Shown here: piece by piece, positions 1-7,364 of the stretch | Numbering within the stretch: position 1 is the first letter of the stretch | How the letters are laid out: the number at the start of each line of letters is the position of its first letter | DNA from: an uncultured Nitrososphaeraceae archaeon | GTDB taxonomy: Archaea > Thermoproteota > Nitrososphaeria > Nitrososphaerales > Nitrososphaeraceae | Length of the DNA stretch: 14,171 nucleotides | Assembly (NCBI GenBank): GCA_963765895.1 | Contig: CAVXZB010000002.1 | Span: 1 to 14,171, forward strand | Reading direction: 5' to 3' | The notes under the pieces: generated by a model | Told to the model about the DNA's origin: nothing | Databases searched by the model: none | The model's input: the letters and a program-made list of their open reading frames with translations, nothing else | Position numbers and translations under genes: made by a program

Positions 1-326
1 CCATACAAGTTCTAATAGTATCAATAGTATCAATATAAGTGGCGCCAAGCTTGGCTATTAAGGCAGATGTGGAATTCTCTTTACTGACAGAGATTAAGGA
101 ATGAGGTTGATTTGCAACTGTTAGCGTCTCAATCATGACGAAATTTGGTACATCCTTATTTAGATTCTCAAAAATTTCAAAGATGCCAGTCTCATTAAAT
201 TTCAAAGGTTGTGTAGCATTATTGAATAGAAACTGTGGACTTCTGAATATGCTGTTACCCGAACTCTTATCATTTAGTGTAATTGTGTATTTTGTCTACG
301 TCTGCACGAAACCACGTAGCAGTAGT
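1..326 (-). pseudogene. Remnant of a secreted cupredoxin-like protein, running off the window edge
   Basis: Manual minus-strand translation gives TTATWFRADVDKIH, then a frameshift in a CACA run near 283, then TITLNDKSSGNSIFRSPQFLFNNATQPLKFNETGIFEIFENLNKDVPNFVMIETLTVANQP...IDTIDTIRTCM. This follows the cupredoxin-like pattern (T-x-x-W-x-x-x-D...H-T-I ... G-x-F ... M-x-x-T-L-T-V). No intact start was found. Confidence 0.55.
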
Positions 327-483
327 GCATTATTATACATTATAACACTCATCATCTGCCCCATACTATGTACTATTACAGACAAAAAGGCAGGGAATGT
401 TTTAGTGTCTTAGTATTTGATGGTATGCAGTGAATTGCATTGCAGACCAATATTTTACATACCCTCAGTATATTAATTCATAT

Positions 484-840
484 ATGCAAGAAGGCACAGT
501 AATTCAATCTACAAAAGAAATTCAAGATAATAGTGAGCACAAGAGACGATTATTACTTGAGATATTCAAGGAAAGAGGGATAATTTTTGATTTAGAAACT
601 AAAAAAATCATTGATGATAGAACTAGTCTTGAGACTCTGTTGCGAGTTCTACAAATTGAGAAGGAGAGGGAGATAAAGAAAAAGAAGTACCATGAAACCC
701 CGTGCAATATTGATAAATCATCTGGAATGGAAATGCATTCATATGAATCAGTTTATGATCCTGGGTATCTTGTTTACAGAATATATATAATGTGGTTATC
801 GCGTCTTATATCAATCTGTACTTATGGTGGACTTGAATAA
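484..840 (+). CDS. Hypothetical protein, charged and helical (start could be GTG at 430)
   Basis: Open frame with ATG at 484 after an AT-rich stretch; followed by a hairpin and T-run. The 3' end overlaps the CBS remnant on the opposite strand. No family recognised. Confidence 0.5.
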   Translation: MQEGTVIQSTKEIQDNSEHKRRLLLEIFKERGIIFDLETKKIIDDRTSLETLLRVLQIEKEREIKKKKYHETPCNIDKSSGMEMHSYESVYDPGYLVYRIYIMWLSRLISICTYGGLE

Positions 841-1088
841 CTAAGATGCTAAGAGCATCTAGTATTTTTTGATTTAGTACAATATCTCTACCTGTAACAA
901 TATCTCGCGATCTGTTGCCTTCAGTATTAAAGGTACGTATCTTCCAAAATAATGATACTCACAACTTTATTTTCAATCATCGTTCTATAAATTTCTTGTA
1001 TACATTGAGTTTCCTTAGCTGTTTTCAAATCCGAAACCATAATACTAGATATAGATATTGACTCTGAACCAGTATTGTTTCTACTCAT
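788..1088 (-). pseudogene. CBS-domain protein remnant
   Basis: From ATG 1088: MSRNNTGSESISISSIMVSDLKTAKETQCIQEIYRTMIENKVVSIIILEDTYL*, then RDIVTGRDIV and I*DAITTL fragments. This matches the CBS-pair pattern (I-S-x-x-M-x-x-D ... M-x-E-N-x-x-x-S-I-I-I ... R-D-I-V), broken by stops and frameshifts. Confidence 0.6.
844..870 (+). terminator. Putative terminator of ORF 484-840
   Basis: AGATGCT-aag-AGCATCT perfect 7-bp inverted repeat (844-860) followed by T6 (865-870), just after the stop codon. Confidence 0.4.
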
Positions 1089-1611
1089 CGGTTACACTCT
1101 TAACTAAAAGCTACTATTTGTAATCTAAGACTCCAATGCAGAGCAGTGCAGACATTAACAACATATTAATATGATCAATAATTATAATGTAGATGTATTC
1201 TGCTGCATTGTTCAAAATATACCTTAATACGGTTAAATTTCTTCTTTGCACTTAACATTGAATAAACAAAAAGTGTAATGCACTGCATTTTTGCTGGTTA
1301 GTTATTACGACCTGCAATACGGCAGTAAATTTGAAGACGGTTAGTAATCGCATAAGGCGCAAGAGAAAAATGACTATACTATAAGTACACAGTGTTCGAA
1401 TATTTAGGGTTATAGAGAATAAAAACACATCGAAGGCCTTGATCTATTTTCTTGTGATGTAACAATTCATGAGCCCCTTCAGCAAATTAAGCGGGTAGAT
1501 AAAAACTTAAAGTGAATGTTCACTAAATATTTCAGTCAATTCTAATTAAATGAGTACTTTTAGTATACTTCAGATCTTACGTACTACTTAAAGAGATTTT
1601 AAGACCATGTC

Positions 1612-3251
1612 TCATATTTGCGCGATCTCATCTCTAATACCCATTATTGATTCACTAAAGATTCTATTATCCATTTCTCCTACCGATCCTCGTATAATCG
1701 GCTCAAAACTCATATAAGGTATTATATCTTTGTCAATGTCAATTCCAGGAGCAACTTCTTCAAGAGCTATTCCGTCTTTAGTTAATCTAAAAACCGCTCT
1801 CTCTGTAACATAGAGAATTTCTTGGCCATATTTTATAGCCTGCTGTCCACTAAATGCGACCATAAATACGCTCTCAATGAATTTTGATATTTTACCCTCG
1901 CGCACTATTTTCACCTTATTCCTTGAGATGCTAAATTCGGTTCCTCCTGTAGTGAAGGTGCCAGCAAAATAAATTCTAGGCACCCCTCCGGCTATCACTG
2001 GAAATCCGCCTGGTCCAAAGATCCTTCTTGGGAGCATAAAATGGATTTACACTTCCTTTTTTATCGACTTGTAGAAAGCCAAGAGATGCGGCATCAATTA
2101 TTCCACCCTCGAAGTTAGAGAATACATCAGGTATGGATGAGAGTGCAAAAGGACTTACTGCTAATCCGAAGTCATCTCCAGATAAAGCAACACCGCCCCA
2201 AGGACCTGATTCAAGTACTGGTACGATTACTTCTGTTACACCTTCCTGAGTGGCAACTAATGAGATCAAAGCTGGAATTCCTATTCCTAGATTGACTAAT
2301 ACTGTATCTCGTTTATCTTGGAATAATCTTAACAACTCCAACAAGATCCTCCTGGATATTATTTTTTCATCGACCTTCAAGGTTGTTTTAGTGATGCCAT
2401 TCAATAGGTTTTCAGTTATAGGAGGCATAACCTTATACGAGATCCTAGGATCATACTCTATGGTGGCACTCTGCCAGTGATATTCTTTTGGGGCAATTAC
2501 AACGTTATTTATCAAAGGACCAGGCACGTCTACATCCCTTGGATTCATCGTACCAGCTTTTGTGATCCATCTGATCTGAGCTACAACTGCACCCTGGCGT
2601 GGTCTTGCCTTAACGGCTTGAGCGATACTAAGAACAGTACCCTCTTATTCCCTCATCCTGCAATGACAGATTACCATTCTCATCAGATATAGAAGCCCTA
2701 ATCAAAGCAAATTCTGGCTTTGGAGCCTGGTATAGAAGGTAGTCTATTCCCTCAATATCAAGTACACTAACTCTGCATGAAAGATTCTTTTTTGCATGTT
2801 CATTTAATACTGCACCTTCTTTCCTAGGATCTAGGAACGTGTCTACACCTATCTTCGTCAATAGGCCGGGTCTTCCAGCTGATATCTCTCTAAACCAGTA
2901 TGCGGTGATCCCTATTGGCCATCCATAACATTCTATTCTGTTATCTGCTACAAGCTTCTGTAGCCATGGTGAAAAGCCCAAGAACGGCATCAAAATACCT
3001 CTAAGAAATTCCTGATTTGGTTCTTTGAATAATTTTTCTGCTATTTGGTCTAATGCTCTTCCAGGACTGGCAGGGAGAGCGTCTGAAATTATAAATATAT
3101 TTTTTGGATGTCCTCCTTCAATATATTGTCTATAAAGTTCAAGAATTAAGTATTCTGGAGTAGTAGCCATATTAAATCCCGAAATTGCAATTATTGCGTT
3201 ATCTTTTATTTTGGATAGAGTAGTCACTACATCAGCAATTTTAGAAAACAT
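1612..3251 (-). CDS. Fused family-I acyl-CoA:acetate/3-ketoacid CoA-transferase (YdiF/Pct-like), split by two +1 frameshifts
   Basis: ORFs 2628-3251, 1976-2548 and 1612-2037 join if one base is removed from CCC (2640-2642), giving ...EGIRGTVLSIAQAVKARP...MNPRDV, and one from AAAA (2038-2041), giving ...VNPFMLPRRIFGPGGF. Motifs ISGF, NLGIGIP, VLESG (catalytic Glu position), YVTERAVF and EVAPGIDI are present. No nonsense codons were seen. Confidence 0.9.
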
Positions 3252-3622
3252 TTATCGATATGCTTAGTTGATTCCTCTTATTAAACACGCTTGGAGTGGA
3301 CTTGATGGCTTTGATTTTGTACGTAATTTAGAGTATTATTATAGTATACCCGAATCTAAGTAACAGCATCTCGACGTAGCTTGATGAGTCGTTCTACAAA
3401 TTGATCTCTCAAATAATGCAAAGACAAGTCATTGAATTTTAGACCACTTAAATTGTAGACAAGAATATCCCCAAAAAGGGCTTGCTAAATTGTAACATGA
3501 CAAGGGGGCTTAGACAAAATGCTTGTTAACCATCGAATCGAATTATCTTAGAAAGTTTAAATGGACGCATTATATTAATCTGATGTGTGCACAGTGTTGC
3601 ACCGCGTTACACAAGTGAGTTA

Positions 3623-3901
3623 ATGAAGGCATCGAAACCTAATTGGGTGTGTACAGCTTGTGGCATGTGGTCTTCTCAAAAAAGCAGTGTAAAACGTCAT
3701 ATACACAACTTGCATAATGACCAATCTACCATGGTTAAATATATCGACTATCTAGTAGGAAGGCAGTCAGGACTCTATGCTCCAGATTCTAGCCCTCAGC
3801 ATAGTGAAAGTTCATATTATGATCATATAGTTGATATTTGTACTGAAGAAATGTGGAAAGAACGAGCTCGATTACGGCACAGAAAATGTATAAATAGTTA
3901 G
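3623..3901 (+). CDS. Small C2H2-type zinc-finger protein
   Basis: W-V-C-T-A-C-G-M-W-S-S-Q-K-S-S-V-K-R-H-I-H-N-L-H motif followed by YIDYLVGRQSGLY. ATG at 3623 (GTG 3587 is an alternative start). Confidence 0.75.
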   Translation: MKASKPNWVCTACGMWSSQKSSVKRHIHNLHNDQSTMVKYIDYLVGRQSGLYAPDSSPQHSESSYYDHIVDICTEEMWKERARLRHRKCINS

Positions 3902-3958
3902 TTTTTAGATATTCTGTCTATATTATAACAAGTTTATCAAAGTTCGGCAATAATATGC

Positions 3959-4404
3959 TTGCAAAGTTTAATACAAAAAATTTTTTACTATGGCAGCATC
4001 GTTATCGGGGTGTTCGTGGATAGCCAACGTATATTTGAAGCAGCAATGGATAAAGACATGTTAAATATATTTAACGAAAAAAACATTATTCTAATGAATA
4101 ACGGTAGCATTGTGGCAGGGATGAATGACCTAATTATTGGTGTTGCAAAGCTTCATGAAATGCATGGTACTTGCATTTTGGTAGAAACATCAGGCTATGT
4201 TGTTGATGCCAAAGCTTCCAAAACCATTTTAGAATGCTTGAGTTCAATACTTTGAATTTCGGTTGATATGACTACCTTGAGAAGAAAGCAAAAGAGAATG
4301 AGATGTTAATCCAAACTATACAACAATAAATGTCTAGAGAGAGTTTGGAATATCAACAGTCAAGTATGCCTCGTAAATCATCTAACACTGGTTATATCAG
4401 CTAG
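3959..4404 (+). pseudogene. Proteasome assembly chaperone (PAC2 family) C-terminal remnant
   Basis: GSIVAGMNDLIIGVAKLHEMHGTCILVETSGYVVDAKASKTILE resembles the PAC2 segment G-x-I-x-G-M-N-G-L...GETSGYVVD. Beyond the stop at 4255, shifted frames give ISVDMTTL, EKKAKENEMLIQTIQQ* and MPRKSSNTGYIS* (stop 4402-4404). The N-terminal half is missing. Confidence 0.75.
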
Positions 4405-4888
4405 CTCAGGCTCCTTTGCAGATGATTTTATTTCATGGTAGGAAAATGGCAAAAGCCCCTTAAACTTGTTGTAGCTTTGCGATGAATCCTATCTACTATC
4501 TTCATATTTTGAGCGCATTTGAATACATTTCCCATTCTAATTCTTTATTGACTTTGATAGTCAAAAATTTTAATATATTGCAGATTAGACCATGATAGGA
4601 TGTGATATTATGTACTGGTCATGCATTACAATCCTAAATTTAATGTACTGGTCATCGTATCATCCGATTAATGAGCTTAATCGATCCGAATATCAAGCAT
4701 TATGACCATAGTTCAAACCATTTCAAGAGAAATTGAAATTATTTGGATCTCTATTTCTCACCTATACCTAGGCGTGTGGACTCCAAATGCTTTAAAGAAT
4801 AGATAATATTACACTTGTGTAGTATGTCATTGCAACGCAGTGCGCTCAAACTTTTCAAATAGTAACGATTCATAAATTATATTAAATT

Positions 4889-5400
4889 ATGTCAAAGTCT
4901 GAAAAACTAGATAGTATCAATAGGAAAGAACTCGGGCTCTAACGAGGCCAAGTATGGATGATATATTCGAGAACTTTAGAAGAGAAATGGAAAGCATATT
5001 TTCTCCACTATTACCATATTCATTAGATGATTGGCGTGTCCCTATTGGACTAGAAGTGGTGGGAGGGGAGCGTGTGCCTCTGTGATATGATAGATAAAGG
5101 GGACAAATATGAGATTCATCTGGAAGTGCCAGGAAGTGAAAAGGAAAAAGTAAATGTCAAGGCAACAAAGAATTCGCTTCAAATTACTGGAGTACAGCCT
5201 GAAAAGTTGAGGATAAAGGCAAGAATTAGATATATAACGAGCGATCATATAGATCGTTTAGCCGAAAAGTTCCTATTCCAAAAGAAATAGTTCCTTCAGA
5301 GGTTACTGCCAAAATGAACAATGACATGTTATTAGTGGATCTTCCAAAAACTATGCCCACTAAACCATCTGAAGAAACTACTAGAGTCGAAATAGCCTGA
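4889..5400 (+). pseudogene. hsp20: Hsp20/alpha-crystallin small heat-shock protein pseudogene
   Basis: Reconstructed as MSKSEKLD...MDDIFENFRREMESIF...ERVP / LCDMIDKGDKYEIHLEVPG.EKEKVNV... / EDKGKN*IYNERSYRSFSRKVPIPKEIVPSEVTAKMNNDMLLVDLPK...RVEIA*. There are three frameshifts (~4938, ~5080, ~5203) and an in-frame TAG at 5227-5229. Confidence 0.88.
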
Positions 5401-5704
5401 ATTTGTTTAGAGATAGATCCCAGATTCCATTTTTATTTTTCTTCTAACGAAGTAGATTCTGTTCCAGCTGAGCCTTATTTTATAATGACTGCATTGATAT
5501 CGACAAATACTTTGGATTATTTGCTAGAAATCATATAGTTTAGCCATGCGTACTTTAGCTACTGACTTGACACTGACTAGTGTAGATGGAAGGAGGCAAG
5601 ACCGACAGATAACAATAATCTACACTGAATGACAATGAATGACACTGTAAGCCGAGTGTATAATATTCGGTCCATACTACGTATCTGCTGAAGCAGATGA
5701 AAAT

Positions 5705-5881
5705 ATGAGGAGGTTATCGACGGTTATAATGTCTAGTAAAAAGGAGATCGCAGATTTCAAGAAGATAATAGATAAGCTGGTCGAGTGGGTTCACCACATG
5801 ACCGCAAACTTGTACTCTGAAGAGCTTGAAAAGCTGCAGCAGCAACGGCAAGAGCAAGAACAAAAGGTGGAGGGTCAATAG
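5705..5881 (+). CDS. 58-aa helical micro-protein, island ORF1 (alternative start 5729); not in ORF track
   Basis: MRRLSTVIMSSKKEIADFKKIIDKLVEWVHHMTANLYSEELEKLQQQRQEQEQKVEGQ*. The C-terminus resembles that of ORF3, and the stop lies 6 nt before the next ATG. Confidence 0.6.
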   Translation: MRRLSTVIMSSKKEIADFKKIIDKLVEWVHHMTANLYSEELEKLQQQRQEQEQKVEGQ

Positions 5882-5887
5882 CTGCTG

Positions 5888-6082
5888 ATGTTCAGTACAT
5901 CTTCTTTTACCGTTACAGAGAGAGATCGAGACTGGTTACTGATAGCACTAGAGAACGAGATTTTTAAGCATACTCCGTCTGCCGTCTATAGCATGAGTAG
6001 GTTTTTCAAACAAGTAACGAAAAAGCTGCAAATATTGTATGATAAGATGAAGATAAAGAAAGAGGAGGGCGGCACCAAGTGA
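5888..6082 (+). CDS. 64-aa hypothetical protein, island ORF2, paralogue of ORF4
   Basis: GGTGGAGGG upstream; contains RDWLLIALENEIFK shared with 6234-6485; ends in TGATAATG, coupled to the next ORF. Confidence 0.65.
   Translation: MFSTSSFTVTERDRDWLLIALENEIFKHTPSAVYSMSRFFKQVTKKLQILYDKMKIKKEEGGTK
5927..5969 (+). repeat. 43-bp perfect direct repeat, copy 1
   Basis: CGAGACTGGTTACTGATAGCACTAGAGAACGAGATTTTTAAGC, identical to 6303-6345. Confidence 0.97.
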
Positions 6083-6084
6083 TA

Positions 6085-6225
6085 ATGAGAAAAACAAGGT
6101 GTGTTGAATGTGGCAGACCAGTCGAGCACAATGCAAAAGCGCTATTAGTACATTCCGAGAAATTTCATCGCAAAAAAGAGCAAGGGCAACAACGTCTGGA
6201 AGAACAGTTAGAGGAGGGCCAGTAG
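6085..6225 (+). CDS. 46-aa C2H2-like zinc-finger micro-protein, island ORF3; not in ORF track
   Basis: MRKTRCVECGRPVEHNAKALLVHSEKFHRKKEQGQQRLEEQLEEGQ*, with C-x2-C-x13-H-x4-H; GAGGAGGG at 6062-6069 upstream. Confidence 0.7.
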   Translation: MRKTRCVECGRPVEHNAKALLVHSEKFHRKKEQGQQRLEEQLEEGQ

Positions 6226-6233
6226 GTACTGCT

Positions 6234-6485
6234 ATGTCATCACCATCATCGTCACCAGAACTGCCACGACTCAGATTTACTTTCACTTTCTCTGAGGAAG
6301 AACGAGACTGGTTACTGATAGCACTAGAGAACGAGATTTTTAAGCGCAAACAATGGGGCATCCCATACCGTCAACCGAAGGTTTTTGAACGAGACACTGC
6401 ACTGTTGCAGCTACTACACGAGAGAATACAGAAGGTTAGGCTAGAGGAAACGAGACTAAGTAGAGAGGATTATGATAGCAAATAA
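6234..6485 (+). CDS. 83-aa hypothetical protein, island ORF4, paralogue of ORF2
   Basis: Start reassigned from 6108 to ATG 6234 because GAGGAGGG lies at 6211-6218 and ORF3 occupies the upstream region. Contains FTFSEEERDWLLIALENEIFK. Confidence 0.65.
   Translation: MSSPSSSPELPRLRFTFTFSEEERDWLLIALENEIFKRKQWGIPYRQPKVFERDTALLQLLHERIQKVRLEETRLSREDYDSK
6303..6345 (+). repeat. 43-bp perfect direct repeat, copy 2
   Basis: Identical to 5927-5969; the copies start 376 bp apart. Confidence 0.97.
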
Positions 6486-6638
6486 TGGAGATGTACGGAG
6501 TGTGACAAACCGGTAGGCGAAAGCATTGCTATGTGCACTATTTGTATAGTAACGCTCCGAACTGTGACATATCGAGAGATGTATTGGCAAAATGACGAAT
6601 ACTACTATTCATGCGTAAGAGATGAGGATGAGGCCTAG
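6472..6638 (+). CDS. C4 zinc-finger micro-protein, island ORF5 (needs one base added near 6485)
   Basis: Frame 6486-6638 reads WRCTECDKPVGESIAMCTICIVTLRTVTYREMYWQNDEYYYSCVRDEDEA* (C-x2-C-x10-C-x2-C). ATG 6472 (MIAN..) follows AGAGAGGA and joins this frame if one A is added to AATAA. Confidence 0.55.
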
Positions 6639-6639
6639 C

Positions 6640-6849
6640 ATGGGGAGGATCAGACCTACAGTTCTAGTGGCATGTGAGATGTGCGCAAGAATTTGGAGTC
6701 CGTTCGAAGAGAAAGGAGTCTGTGATATGAGCTATGTCGGTACACATATGTGGAAGCGGTACCCTGATGATGACGATCTCGTGTTGTGGGCTTACGCAGC
6801 AGACCTACTTAGATTACAGGGTAAGAGAGGATTAATGACGACGAACTGA
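6640..6849 (+). CDS. 69-aa Cys/His micro-protein, possible zinc binder, island ORF6 (alternative start 6622)
   Basis: ACEMCARIWSPFEEKGVCDMSYVGTH (C-x2-C-x12-C-x7-H). ATG 6640 is 1 nt after the ORF5 stop and follows GAGGATGAGG. Confidence 0.55.
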   Translation: MGRIRPTVLVACEMCARIWSPFEEKGVCDMSYVGTHMWKRYPDDDDLVLWAYAADLLRLQGKRGLMTTN

Positions 6850-6906
6850 ATTGCAGACCTTCACAGATAACATGTTTGAACCTTGAATATCAATAAACTG
6901 ACTACT

Positions 6907-7186
6907 ATGATGAGATTAAGGAAAACGAAGATCGGTATTATTCGCCAGATCAGTATGCGGACGATATGGCCGTCAGTAGCAGCCTGCGTTGGCAATATCT
7001 ATATCTTCGGTTTTATTGGCGGTAATACTCACACATTCTGTACCATATTCCAAGAATAATTACACTGACAAAAATAGTATCAATAACCTGCCAATCAGAT
7101 CTCTTCCAACTGGGTCGATACGCGGCTGGTGTGATATCTTATCAGACATATCAATGTGTAAGCGGCTCTACTGGCAAATAATTTAG
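6907..7186 (+). pseudogene. Probable broken small membrane-anchored protein
   Basis: Basic N-terminus MMRLRKTKIGIIRQISMRTIWPSVAA in one frame, then a hydrophobic stretch ALAISISSVLLAVILT in another. The true downstream frame is unclear. Confidence 0.3.
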
Positions 7187-7311
7187 ATTCATGGTTTTCG
7201 TTCCTATTGTATATACCTCTAATATTTTTGGCTAAGAAATCTAACTGTAGTGTCATAGTTTTATTGTCAAGATGCTGAAAAAAGGCTCCACTAGTACCTG
7301 GTTAAAAGTTC

Positions 7312-7340
7312 GACCTAACGTTGTTAGGTCATATTAATAT
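7312..7340 (+). promoter_or_regulatory. Palindromic operator-like site abutting a TATA-like element
   Basis: GACCTAAC-gtt-GTTAGGTC (perfect 8-bp inverted repeat, 7312-7330), directly followed by ATATTAATAT (7331-7340), 25-34 nt upstream of ATG 7365. Confidence 0.5.
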
Positions 7341-7364
7341 CACTAGTAGATTCGACTATTTCCT

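Larger units (their letters stand above)
5546..7186 (+). mobile_element. Putative virus/plasmid-derived island of co-oriented micro-ORFs (boundaries approximate)
   Basis: Six or seven abutting or overlapping + strand ORFs, most preceded by GGAGG/GAGG motifs, three with zinc-finger patterns. Hand-counted 60-mers at 5821 and 6721 are 47-48% GC against much more AT-rich intergenic flanks. No integrase, transposase or att site was seen. Confidence 0.45.

Noticed and set aside
135-413. ORF 135-413 (+) as a gene
   Set aside because: It lies opposite the cupredoxin-like remnant and has no recognisable motif.
2038-2642. Programmed ribosomal frameshifting in the CoA-transferase
   Set aside because: No canonical X-XXY-YYZ slippery heptamer or evident stimulatory structure; similar homopolymer indels affect several unrelated genes here.
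5817-5840. CTGAAGA..GAAA (and CTGATGA at 6764) as hammerhead ribozyme cores
   Set aside because: The GAAA lies in the loop of the putative stem II rather than after it, stems I and III cannot be built, and both sites are inside ORFs.
6108-6233. Predicted N-terminal extension of ORF 6108-6485, and antisense ORF 5948-6361
   Set aside because: Better explained by the C2H2 ORF 6085-6225 and a start at 6234; the antisense ORF is a shadow of the + strand genes.
5927-6345. 43-bp repeat as a CRISPR array, DGR template/variable pair or attL/attR
   Set aside because: Only two copies with 333 bp between them; no adenine-specific differences; no cas, reverse transcriptase, integrase or tRNA in the window; both copies are in-frame coding.
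15-7085. 12-mer ATAGTATCAATA at 15, 24, 4911 and 7074
   Set aside because: AT-rich word in unrelated, mostly coding contexts; two copies come from one local tandem duplication; no consistent spacing or flanks.
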